A stretch of 63,831 bases of DNA, filler included, from Pelomyxa schiedti (GCA_020536535.1; 11 parts of 11 records of this genome joined end to end with filler, not necessarily neighbours in it); one strand, 5' to 3'. Shown: positions 38,250 through 49,758, counted from the whole stretch's first letter. Notes: a model not told the origin generated them from the sequence alone. Numbers and translations are program-made.

Positions 38250-40440
38250 ATGGACCCAGACGAGCCCCCCACTGCACAATCGTCGACGAGAAGCACGACT
38301 ACTACGAGGGAGATGGCGCTGTCGCGCGCCGTGGTGGTGTCGCGCGTGGTGTGGGACGCCGTCCTCGTGCCCTGGCTCGTGCCCGAGCTGCGCGTCGGCG
38401 ACGGCGGTGGCGGCGACGAGGAGGAGGCGTCGACGCTGTCTCCGAAGCACGCGGTGGGGCTGTGCGTGGTGGGCGAGGCGCTGTTCCCGCTGAGGGGCCT
38501 CGTGCGCAGGGCACTCGTGGCACACACCCACAAATGGCGCGCGGCCCTGCGCGCGGCGGCGGAGGCAGGGAGCACCTCGTGCGTGGACTGGCTCATCGCG
38601 TGGAGGAGGAGCAGGGGGCAGGGGGAGGGCGAGGGGGCAGATGGTGATGGTGGTGTACTTGAGCCGCCGAGCGCGGTCATGCAGAGGAGGAGGAGGAAGA
38701 ACAAGGAGTTCGTGAACGTGCTTTGGGGGCTGTGTGTGGGCGGACACCTGGGGGAGGCCCAGAGGCTCCTCGGAGGGGGCTGGCCTGGCCTCACGTGGAT
38801 GGGTGTCGATGTCGATGCCGTCGGTTGTGGGAGTGGGAGTGGGAGTTATTGGGGAGAACAAGATTTGCATGACCATGTGAGGGCATCTGGGATACTGTTG
38901 GGCGCGTGTCGGAGGGGATGGACTGACGTGGCCAAGTGGCTGGTCCAGAGGTTTGGGATCAGGGATCCGTCGGAGTTTGCGCAGCCACTTGAGGGTGCAC
39001 TGGCTGGGGGCCACTTGGAGTTGGCTCAGTGGATGGTTGGCACGTTCAGTTTGGTGAAAGGGTGGCGGAAATACAGCTCCATGGACTTTCCCTCGAAGGT
39101 GTGCAGGAGTGAGAACCTGGATGTTGTCAAGTGGTGCTTTGAAATGTTTCCTCAATTTAATGTGCTTTCTTCATACCGTACTTTCGCAAGCTGCATTGCA
39201 GGCAAGACCAGCAGCTGTCTTGAAATCTGTCAGTATGTGAGGAAACACCTTGAGTTACAGCACCCTCCTGGCAACACGGAGATTGACTACGTCAAAAGGC
39301 TTGATGTTTTGAAGTGGATGATGTCTGAATTCAGTATTGTTCCCACAAATGAAATGGCAGAGAGCCTCTGCAGAGGAATGGAAGGACTTGAGTTCATCAA
39401 GTTCTTTGTGGAAGGAAACCTGGTCACAGCAACACCAGCACTGTTCATTGCAGCGTGCAGGACCTTCGAAGATAACACGCAGCTGGTGAAGTGGTTGTCA
39501 ACGAGAGTGTTGCTTTCACAAGAGGATATTTACAACTCATTTGTCGCTGCGTTGGCCAACAGCAACACATCGATTGCATCATGGTTGGAAGATTCCCACC
39601 ACATCTTGGATCGCCATCAGGGAGCCACGGCTGCTGGGAAACTCCTTGTGAGGGTGTGTGAAAGGATGCCCTGTTATGCTGGAAGAACAGCTGGTTTGAA
39701 GTGGCTCCTGAACCGCATCGATACCAAATGCATCCCTTCTGATCAAGCAGTGGACTGTGTTGGTGACCTTCTGCGAAACCGCAAGTCAACCAGGGCAGCC
39801 CTCCTTCTCCTTGAAAAGTTCCCAATGATACCCAAACAGGAAAGATCAAGCCTCCTCACACTTGCTCTCCGGGAAACTGTTGTTGAATCTTTACCCCAAG
39901 TAAAAAGGATTGTATCCATGATGGATACACACAGATTGACCAAGGAGGATGTCTCAAAGTGCCTTTCAACTGCTGGATTTCACTCCAGCAAAGCAACAAA
40001 GTGGCTGATCACAGAGTTTCAACTGCAACGGGAACACATCACAGCTGACAACAACAACATCCTGTTCAATCATATATTGTGGGGACAAGAGGGCTGTGCA
40101 GAGTGGCTCATCAACAAGTTCAACATTACATTTGACGAGGTACAACTCTGACATACCATCCCACTTTGCTCTTTACTGACAACTGATTCCCATCTGTTTT
40201 CAGGTTTTGAGGTCATGGGACCCTAGCTCATTCCTTTCTGGGTTTGACTTGGCCACATGGCAGATGATTGTGGAGGTGTTCCCAGGCATCACAGCCACCA
40301 TCATCAAGGAGAAGCTATCCAAGCTTATGTGCCATTCACCTGTCATTGCACAGTTCACTCTGAGGCACTTCCCTGATATCGTCACTAGACAGTGTAGTAC
40401 AGTGCAGAGTGAGAGTAATCCGCCCTGTGGTGACTGTTGA
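38250..40440 (+). CDS. Degenerate ankyrin-like repeat family member (intron 40140-40203)
   Basis: 633-codon first exon with the family cassette. Terminal exon DLATWQMIVEVFPGIT...CHSPVIAQFTLRHFPD. Confidence 0.85.
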
Positions 40441-40513
40441 TTATGTGTTGTTTGGGTGGTATAAAAAGTAAAAAAATAATCAATGGCTGTGATGCCTGGG
40501 AACACAGTCAAAT

Positions 40514-40936
40514 GTCTGAACCCTTAAAGGTTTTTCTTCTTTTAGGGCTGCCGTAGTTTTTTTTTTCTGGGGGAGGGGGTTTTTACGGGGGGTCAGTCGA
40601 AGGATCAGTATCTGTTGGGGCTCTCGTTCTTTGGGGGGCTTCCATGTCTTGGGGTTATATTGGTTTTAATTCTTTTTTTATCCCTGGGGTCGGGTGGGGG
40701 GTTTTCGAGGCAGAGAGGTACCCGTAGGGGGTGCTGCATTTTTCCCATGGGGTTTTACATTTTTGTGGGGTGCTTCGCCGTGGGGGGATTCGCTGCCCGC
40801 ACCCCCGGAGCAAGGGGCGGGCAGGCTTCGACGAATTTGTTTTCTTTGGGTCTCCTCGTTTTGGGGTTTTTTTTTATCTTTTTCCCTGGGGTCGGGTCTT
40901 GGGGGGTCTCGTTGTTTTTTTTTTTGGGGGGGGGGG
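40514..40936 (-). repeat. Inverted, internally deleted copy of the 41742-43548 subrepeat array end
   Basis: 40514-about 40700 is the reverse complement of about 43365-43548. The rest matches other modules of the array. Confidence 0.9.
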
Positions 40937-41036
40937 NNNNNNNNNNNNNNNNNNNNNNNNNNNNNNNNNNNNNNNNNNNNNNNNNNNNNNNNNNNNNNNN
41001 NNNNNNNNNNNNNNNNNNNNNNNNNNNNNNNNNNNN

Positions 41037-41641
41037 ACGCCGTCCTCGTGCCCTGGCTCGTGCCCAAGCTCCGCCGTGGGCGCCACCACCCCCTGAGGAT
41101 CAAGCACGCGGCGACGCTGTGCGTGGTGGGCGAGGCGCTGTTCCCGCTGAGGGGCGTCGTGCTCAGGGCACTCGTGGCCCCTCCCAACAAGTGGCACGTG
41201 GCCCTGCTCGCGGCGGCGGAGGCGGGGAGCACCTCGTGCGTGGACTGGCTCATCACATGGAGGAGGATGGCGAGAGAGAGCGAGGCGGGGACGGAAACCG
41301 AGGGAGGAGTGGGAGAGGGAGGAGGAGCAAGCCAGAGAATGATGATGGTGATGGGCAGGACGAGGATGCAGAGGAGGAGGAGGGAGAACAAGGAGTTCAT
41401 GTGTGTGCTTGGGGGGCTGTGTGTGGGCGGAAACCTGGAGGACGCTCAGAGGCTCGTTGGAGGGGCCTGGCCTGGCCTCACGTGGGAGTCAAACAGGGAA
41501 CAGAATATTGGCGTTGGCGGCGTGGAGGAGAGAGGAGGGGGAACAGGAGCAAATTACTGGGGGGAGCAGGAGCTGGCTGAAAACGTGAGGGCTTGTGGAA
41601 TTTTGAGGGGGGTTTGTGAGAGGGGGTGGATGGAGGTTGCC
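41037..41641 (+). CDS. Partial ankyrin-like family copy, nearly identical to 33957-34558 (allele or recent duplicate)
   Basis: Only a few substitutions and a small insertion relative to the 33827 gene. Bounded by a gap and a linker. Confidence 0.75.
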
Positions 41642-41741
41642 NNNNNNNNNNNNNNNNNNNNNNNNNNNNNNNNNNNNNNNNNNNNTTAATTAATTAANNN
41701 NNNNNNNNNNNNNNNNNNNNNNNNNNNNNNNNNNNNNNNNN

Positions 41742-43548
41742 GCGCCCTCCTGGCGCCTCTCTCCGCCCCTCTCCAGTGATCCCTGCGACGTCAGAGTGAT
41801 GGAAAGGTCGGAAGGGAGGCTAATCCCACCATGAGGCCACCCGCCTCCCAAAAAAAAAAAAAACAACGAGAACCCCCAAGACCCGACCCCAGGGAAAAAA
41901 GATAAAAAAAAACCCCAAAACGAGGAGACCCCCAAAGAAAACAAATTCGTCGAAGCCTGCCCGCCCCTTGCTCCGGGGGTGCGGGCAGCGAATCCCCCCC
42001 ATGGCGAAGCACCCCACAAAAATGTAAAACCCCAGAGACCCAGACCCCATGGGAAAAAAATTCGAGCGCCTCCGTGCCCCTCTCCAGTGATCCCTGCAAC
42101 GCCAGAGTGACGGAAAGGTAGTAGGGGAGCTCACCCCCCCCAAAAAAAAAAAAAGAAATCCCCGACCCCAGGGAAAAAGTAGAACCCCAAAACGAGGAGA
42201 CCCCCAAAGAAATTGAAAACCCCCAAGACCCGACCCCAGGGAAAAAAATTCGGCGAGCGCGTCCTCCTGGCGCCTCTCTCTGCCCCTCTCCGGTGATCCC
42301 TGCAACGCCAGAGTGATGGAAATGGTGCAGAGGCGGGGCTAATCCCGCCAGGAGGCCACCCGTCCCCCCGAAAACCCCCCAGCCCGACCCCAGGGATAAA
42401 AAATAATAAAAAGCCCCCAAAATGAATTCGTAACCCTGCCCGCGCCCGAGCTGCAATCGGAGCTGCTGGCAGCGAATTCCCGCGAAGTGCCCCAACAAAA
42501 AAATTGAAAACCCCCAAAGACCCGACCCCAGGGAAAAAATACGGCGAGCGCGCCCTCCTGGCGCCTCTCTCCGCCCCTCTCCAGTGATCCCTGCGACGTC
42601 AGAGTGATGGAAAGGTCGGAAGGGAGGCTAATCCCACCATGAGGCCACCCGCCTCCCAAAAAAAAAAAAACAACGAGAACCCCCAAGACCCGACCCCAGG
42701 GAAAAAAGATAAAAAAAAAAACCCCAAAACGAGGAGACCCCCAAAAAATAAATTCGTCGAAGCCTGCCCGCCCCTTGCTCCGGGGGTGCGGGCGGCGAAT
42801 CCCCGCAGTCGAAGCGCCCCAACAAAAAAATCGAAAACCCCCCAAAAGCCCCGACCTCAGGGGAAAAAATGTAACTCGCCCAAGGTTGCCCCCAGTCTCT
42901 CACCGGGGGACGAGTCCCCAAGGAAACCCCAAAGCCCCGACCCCAGGGGAAAAAAAGAAAAGAAATAAAACGTAAAACCCCAAATACGAAGACCCCCACG
43001 AAATAAATTCGTCGAAGCCCGCCCGCCCCCCTAAATTGCTCCGGGGGTGCGGGCAGCGAATCCCCCCACGGCGAAGCACCCCACAAAAATGTAAAACCCC
43101 AGAGACCCAGACCCCATGGGAAAAATGCAGCGCCCCCTACGGGTACCTCTCTGCCTCTCTCCAGTGATCCCTGCAACGCCAGGGTGAGGTGATGGAAAGT
43201 GGGCAGAGAGGTTTATCCCAGGAGGCCAAAAAAGAATGAAACCCCCAAGACCCGACCCCAGGGAAAAAGATTAAAACCCCCAGAGGAGACCCCCAAAAAA
43301 AACGAATTCGGCTATGCATGCCCTGGATCCAGGTGTGTGAGCACGAATCCCGGAAAAAACCCCCGCCCGACCCCAGGGATAAAAAAAGAATTAAAACCAA
43401 TATAACCCCAAGACATGGAAGCCCCCCAAAGAACGAGAGCCCCAACAGATACCGATCCTTCGACTGACCCCCCGTAAAAACCCCCTCCCCCAGAAAAAAA
43501 AACTACGGCGGCCCTAAAAGAAGAAGAAAAACCTTTAAGGGTTCAGAC
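41742..43548 (+). repeat. Modular GC-rich / poly-A subrepeat array
   Basis: CCCGACCCCAGG occurs 9 times plus 1 variant. CAGTGATCCCTGC-type motif occurs 5 times. An about 255-bp block repeats at offset 808 (41742, 42550). Confidence 0.9.
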
Positions 43549-44511
43549 TCGGCTCCGTGACTCTGGTGCCTGGCGCCTCCGGCACCGGCGAAGGTGGCCA
43601 CAAAGTGTAGAGTGCCAATACCTTCGCCGGCCTGCCTGCCGCTGCCAGCCGCCTGGTCGAGGAAAAAAAGTCTGAGCCCTTGTGGGAAAGCTTGGTGCAC
43701 GGGGGGCGGGGCGAACTTGAGCATTTTTTTGGACTGGCTATTTGGAACTTTCGGACTCGGCTTGGCTTTTTCCCCTTCTGTGGCCCACGACGCTTGCTCT
43801 TGGCGTCCCGCGAGAGAAAGGCGGGATATCCTCGGCCGCGTCGCGCGCCCCGTGTTGGGTGTAAATCCCCCCCTAAGCCCAGGACGAGCCGACGGATGCA
43901 GATGTCGGTCTGATAACTCGCTAGGTTCTCCCCCCCCCAGGCGCCAGCTGGTCGTTGCCGTGTGTAGTTTGGTCAGCGGAGCGCGAGAGGCGGCGAGGCT
44001 GCGGCCCTCTGCCGCGGGAAGTCGAAGCGGCACCTGAGCCGATGCAGCGGCGGCACTTAATCGAATTGGCCAACACGCCCGTTGGTGCGTTCGAACCCCC
44101 GCCGACGCCGTCACGGCCAGCGATTGCCGCCGGTACTCCCCGCGGTCAAAGTCGTCCTGCAGCCGTCGGCGCCCCGAACGGCCCCGCGCGCCACTTGGGG
44201 CTGGTCCCGCACCGGCGCCACGCGTCGCACCCCGGATAAAGCCCCCCCCTGCCGAGAGATCCCCCCAGCAGGACGGGACGGCACCCCCGGGGTCTGCACA
44301 AGCGCCAGAGCGGGGCACTAGTGGCCCCGGAAAAAAAAAGGAGGAGAGAAGAGGAAGAAGAAAGGAGGACCGCGACCCCGGCGGCCGCTCGGAGATATTT
44401 TCCTCAGCCGCGTCGCGCCCCGAAATTGCGAGAAAGAATGCGGCGAGGGTCCTCGTAGAAGTGCAGGACCAGGCGTGGATGTAGCAGGCGTGACTGGCGA
44501 AAGTGGTCCGA

Positions 44512-44857
44512 CCGAGTCGGGTCCCTGGTGCACCGCCGAAGTGGATGGTTAGGGCGCCCTAGCATCCACTCGTCGACCCCAGGGGTCACCTCCGGCAGGT
44601 ACGGCCCCAACTTCCGCAGGTCGCCCCTGTGGTACCACGCATCCGAGCGGAGAAAGAGAGGGAGCCAGGCCACCGAAAAAGAAGAGAGAACCCCCCAATA
44701 AGTAACCCCAGGAAAAGTGGGCCTGGTCAAGAGCGGGAGACCCGGAAGTTGGGAACGGGAAGCGGACTCGGCCGAGTCGGGTCCCTGGTGCACCGCCGAA
44801 GTGGATGGTTAGGGCGCCCTAGCCATCCACTCGTCGGCCCCAGGGGTCACCTCCGGC
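44512..44857 (+). repeat. 86-bp direct repeat x2 (44512-44597, 44772-44857) plus a partial third copy near 44987; each full copy contains a hairpin
   Basis: Hairpin GTGGATGGTTAGGG-CG-CCCTAGCCATCCAC at 44801-44830, with a one-base-deleted version at 44541-44569. Confidence 0.85.
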
Positions 44858-45760
44858 AAGCCGGCAAAGCTTCCCGTAACCAGCCGACGGCCAACCGCGA
44901 GGAAGAGCTGGTGCGGCCGCGACCCCAGCGAGCCGCAGCCGAGTCCTGGCGAGCGGGCATGGCAGAGAGCGGGCGGGCGCAAGGGCCGACCGAGTCGGGT
45001 CCCCGATGCAGCGGGGGTCACCTCCGGCAGGTACGGATCCTAAGTTCAGCGCCCCCCCCGTTCCTCCCTGTCTTTTCGTCCAGGTCTCCCCGAGAGGAGA
45101 AGAGCAGGAGCGGCCGCGCGACCCCAGAAGCGGCGACCGCCCCGGGGCCGATTTTTTTCGGCCTTGCCTGATCCCCCCAGCTAGAGGCAAGGTTGAGCCC
45201 CGGGAAAAAAAAAAAAGAAAAAAAAAGGGGTTAGGGCCCAAGCCGGCTAAGGGGAGCCAGGCACACGGACCAAGAGTTCATCCTATGGGGAAGGGGAGAA
45301 AGCAGGGGAAAAAAGGCCTGCTTGAGACCCTCCCTTGGGGTGCCTCTGGTCCTTCTGCTTGTTGCTTCCCCATGTCGGTTTTGGGCTCTTCCTTTTTTTT
45401 TTAATCTTTTTTTTTACCTGCTCAGTTTCCTCTTGCCTGCCCTGACTCCCTCATGCCTCCTGCAGAGTTGGGCTATTTTATTGCCCTCTGTTTTTTTTTC
45501 CCTTTTCTCTTTGGGGGAAAAACACAAATTCAGGTAATTGTTTTTTTCCTGACTTTGCGTTTTTGGGGGGTTTTATACATATGCCCCCAATGTTTTTTTC
45601 CCATTTTTGGGTGAAAACGCAAAGTCAGATGTCATTTCATGTGATATGACTTTGTATTTTTTTACCTGAAAATGGAACACACAGGTAACAAGGTTTTTTT
45701 TTTAATATTATTTGTTTTTTGGCGGCATGTGTCACTCTGTTTTGAAAATCATCTTAGCTG

Positions 45761-45890
45761 TTTTTTTCCCTTTTTTTCCCTTTTTTTCCCTTTTTTTCCC
45801 TTTTTTTCCCTTTTTTTCCCTTTTTTTCCCTTTTTTTCCCTTTTTTTCCCTTTTTTTCCCTTTTTTTCCCTTTTTTTCCCTTTTTTTCCC
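45761..45890 (+). repeat. Perfect tandem repeat (TTTTTTTCCC)13
   Basis: 13 exact 10-bp units counted directly. Confidence 0.97.
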
Positions 45891-46094
45891 CCTTTTTTTG
45901 TTTGTTATTATGTATATATCTTTAATTACCATTAAAAACACTGCACATATTTAAGAATTACAACATAAAATAACTTAACAGTGTGAAAATGGTGTCGAAT
46001 AGTCTTTAATCTATTGTAAACACATTGCATGCTTTGGTGTGTCACAGTGCTGAGCTTCTAACTAATTGACTTACAATATAAACATAAACTAACT

Positions 46095-47731
46095 CTCTTT
46101 GACATGGCCAACAGTGTGTAGCTGTTCACCAAAAGCTTGCATCTGTGTGTAAGGTGGGGGAAACTGTGTTCAATGGTTAATTTATTAGACTCCCCCACCT
46201 CGGATTTGCAACTGCGGCATCTGATGCTGAGCTGCTGGCCGATACTTGCGTGAAGTGCATAGAATGGGGAAAAGTTGCACAGGAGACGTGTTTCTTGGTA
46301 GAACCACTTTCAAACTATCCAAACACCTATTACCTAAGTGTTAACCATTGTTGGCGCACAACTGGAACTTCTCACAGGTAGACTTACACTTGGAAACGTT
46401 CCGATCAGCTAACAGTTGATCGCAACAGTCAGGAACGAGATAGCAGTGTGAAGACAGTGTCAAACGGTCCCCAGTGCTGCTAAAAACACGTTGCACACTT
46501 CAATGCAACAACGCCGTGCTGCAGTGCTGAGCTTTTGACTAAAATTGGCTTATGATATGTCAACCCTTGACATGGCCAACTGTGCACAGCGGTCCACCAA
46601 AAGCTTATACTTGTGTGTAGGGTGGGGGAAACTGTGCTCAATGGTCAATTTATTAGACTCCCCCACCTCAGATTCACTGATATCATCATTTACAATGAGA
46701 AATAAACCAATGTTAGTTAATAGACAAGGAATAAAAAAAACAACAAAGATTCCTCAGTGACTACTGTGAGTATCTTTGTAAAACCAAAGAAAAATAACAC
46801 AAAAACCTTTTTTGAGGTGAATGCAAGTGTTTTGGTCAAGTTATAAACTAAAGATACCAAGGTACACATTAAACAACAAGTACAGTTTTACCTTTTATAA
46901 TATGAACATAGTGTACAGTGATCCATCAAAAACTGGCACTTACATGTAAAATGAGAGAAACTGTGTGAAAATAGTGCTAACATGTTACAAACTTCTGTGT
47001 AACTATGTCATACCACAGCACCAAGTGGTAAACTAATCTCTTTACAACATAACCTCTTTGACCTGGCCAATAGCACACAGCAGTTCACTAAAAGCTTACA
47101 CCTGTGTGTTGAGTAAAAGAAACCTGCTCAATGGTTGATTTATGAAACTTCTTCACCTCAGATTTGCAACTCAGCATCTGGTGCCAAGCTGCTGACTGAT
47201 ACTTGTGTGAAGTGTGTAGAATGGGGAAAGGTTGCACAGGAGACATGTTTCTTGGCAGAACCACTTTTAAACACTCTTACCACATGCATACTGCGCGCAC
47301 AGAGCTCCTGACACAGCTTTGGAGCCACTCTTGCGTGGCTGAACACTCTGAAAGGAACCGATGGTTGCGAGGTTAACCCTAACCCTCGAACGAACTGTAT
47401 CATGGCGAAAACAGTGCCAAACCACTCTAACTGCCACTGGAAACACCGTGCACACTTTGGAATCACAACGCCACACCGTCGGGCCGAGGATCCCACCTCA
47501 CGCGCAGGTGCAAGCTTCTGGTGGACCGCTGCGCGCCGTTGGCCATGTCAAGGGGAGTCGGTCTATGTCAATGTCGTAAGCCGATCGGTCAGAAGCTCGG
47601 CGCTGCGGCCCGGCGTTGTTGCACCGAAGCGTGCAACGCGTTTCCAGCAGCACTGGGGACCGTTTGGCACCGTCTCCACGCTGCTATCTCGTTCCTGACT
47701 GTTGCGATCAACCGTTAGCCGATCGGAACGT
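46095..47731. repeat. Degenerate about 470-490-bp period repeat (units at 46095, 46564, 47054) plus an inverted CpG-rich copy at about 47495-47731
   Basis: Shared CTYTTGACATGGCCAAC...AAGCTT... units. The reverse complement of 47588-47731 aligns without gaps to 46396-46539. Confidence 0.85.
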
Positions 47732-48171
47732 NNNNNNNNNNNNNNNNNNNNNNNNNNNNNNNNNNNNNNNNNNNNTTAATTAATTAANNNNNNNNNNNNN
47801 NNNNNNNNNNNNNNNNNNNNNNNNNNNNNNNGCACACGTTCACAGATGCTGTGTCTGGAAACTTCTTGTTCAGCATCAGCTTGCCTCATGGAATACTCCC
47901 ACAGTCCCTCGTTCCTCTCCCTTTCAGGAATCCCAAAGTTTTCACATTTTGATTCAAGTCAACCAAGCTTGGATTTTTATTCCTATTCACAATTGGTTTT
48001 TGGCCCAATGCAAAGATGCCGGGGCAGCCTGTTTAATTGGTTGTAATGGGAAGCCGAGGGGAAAAAGGAAGGGAAACAAGTAGTTGTTTTCCCAGTACAG
48101 GCACCTCCTATTCATCGCTTCTTTTTCAAGTCAAATCTCATTGGAATGATGAAAACAAAAAAAAAAGAAAA

Positions 48172-48243
48172 TTCCGATGCCGGGAATCGAACCCGGGGCC
48201 ACTGAGTGAAAGTCAGAGATGTTGCCAACTACACCACATCGGA
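48172..48243 (-). tRNA. tRNA-Glu(TTC)
   Basis: Reverse complement folds with acceptor TCCGATG/CATCGGA, anticodon loop CTTTCAC and T arm CCGGG-TTCGATT-CCCGG, followed by a T-run terminator. Confidence 0.95.
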
Positions 48244-48351
48244 TTGAACAGATTACGTCTTCATCTCATCTCAACTCATCCTGTACAGTACAACAGTCCG
48301 GAATGTGTCGGTCAACTTAATCCTTCTTGTGTGGGCACCAGAGTCACAGGG

Positions 48352-49658
48352 CTATTGGCGTAGCACAGAGCGCAGGCGTGATACCAAAAGATTTGTTTGC
48401 CTTGTGGTGACACTCTTTTGAGAAAATAAATTGAGTGAATTGCGTAAAAAAATAAACCTTGGGAGAGTCACTGGCTGGGAAAGGGATCCATTTCCAACAA
48501 AAGCTTCAAGGGTTCCGGCAACCAAATCCACTTCAATTGTGAAATCCTTTGTTTCCTTTTTTCCAGGATAGTTTCTGGGACATGGTGTGAATAAATCTCC
48601 CACCGCACTGTGATTCCAAAGTATTGCTCCGTCCGAGCAACGGAGTATCACTGAATATTTACATTCTGGAGGCCTGGAATGGAAATAACCGTTGAAACTG
48701 AAAGAGGTCACATCGATTTCAGATGTGTATCCCAGGATTCCAACAATAAATCCGTGTTTTTTGTCCATTCTTTTGTAACACCTGTGAACTGCGATTGGGG
48801 ATATTCACACTGCAGTGGTGATGTTTGAGAGGGAACTGACCTGGTTGTGGCATTCTTCTTCCAATGTGGCTTCTGCTTTGGATTGAACTCCACTGCACTC
48901 GGGTGCCCACTGACTCCCCACCCACACTTTCCCGCACCGATGTCGATTTCATCGCTTCTGAGGAGTGACAAATCCGCACCAGAGCCTTCAGGCAGACAAA
49001 AACTGTCACTTGTGAGAATCCACCCGTAGCGGCCGTCGTCCGGAATTCTGGTCGCAGTCAGTCCATCGTCGCTCAACCTATAATCTCCATTCTTCCTGAA
49101 CTGAATTCCAAATATCAGCACAAAAACCAAGGAACCCAATGTAAGCAAAAATCACAGAAACACAAGAAAAAAAAACAGACTTCAGACATACACCAAAGAA
49201 AGGCGGCTCAATCAACAGACAAATGGATATGGTGAGAGTCAGCGGCAGGTCTTCTATCCCACAATCGCAACGGCGGTCGCCGCTCGTCCACGGACGTGGT
49301 GCCACCCTGGTTGTGGTGCAACCAAAAATAACAGCGACGCACACCCTCCTCCAGCATTCCCTGTTCCACAAAACACCGGTGGTGCCCACCGTCCCATCAT
49401 TGTTCGTTCGGCAGATTTCGTACGCACCAACGGCCCGTTTCAACGTCCCCCACACTCCATCCATCAAAAAATCAAATTCTGCTTTCTTGTAAATCATAAT
49501 TCACAAGCACACAGAAAGAGTCGCCAGGGTGATTCCAGTGGTGCCATCCGTGACCACGATCACTTTCTGGTGCACTCTTTGTGGTGCACGCAATTGGTGC
49601 CACACAACAACGCCAGCGTGGGAGGGAACATCCATGAGTTCCATGTGAGGAAAGTGGC
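48352..49658 (-). CDS. Hypothetical protein with a SPRY/B30.2-like C-terminal region, 5'-partial, multi-exon
   Basis: YRLSDDGLTATR...WILTS and FTIEVDLVAGTLEAFVGNG resemble SPRY beta-strands. Confidence 0.45.
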
Positions 49659-49758
49659 NNNNNNNNNNNNNNNNNNNNNNNNNNNNNNNNNNNNNNNNNN
49701 NNTTAATTAATTAANNNNNNNNNNNNNNNNNNNNNNNNNNNNNNNNNNNNNNNNNNNN

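Noticed and set aside
41742-43548. CRISPR array
   Set aside because: Inter-repeat segments are themselves repeated and irregular, there are no cas genes, and the context is eukaryotic.
43549-45300. rRNA, RNase P RNA or group I intron
   Set aside because: No universal SSU/LSU/5.8S/5S motifs on either strand. The GAGGAAAAAAAGTCTGAG (about 43659) resemblance to RNase P CR-I lacks a downstream P4 partner. GGATGCAG-ATGTCGGTC (about 43894) lacks the P7/R element and is explained by a local hairpin.
45761-45890. Telomere array
   Set aside because: Internal to the scaffold, with unique sequence on both sides, and not a G/T-rich telomere-type unit.
40615-45954. Numerous G/F/P/K-rich ORFs in the repeat region, including poly-K and poly-F ORFs at 45672-45954
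   Set aside because: Open only because the repeats lack stop codons. No domain or codon structure.
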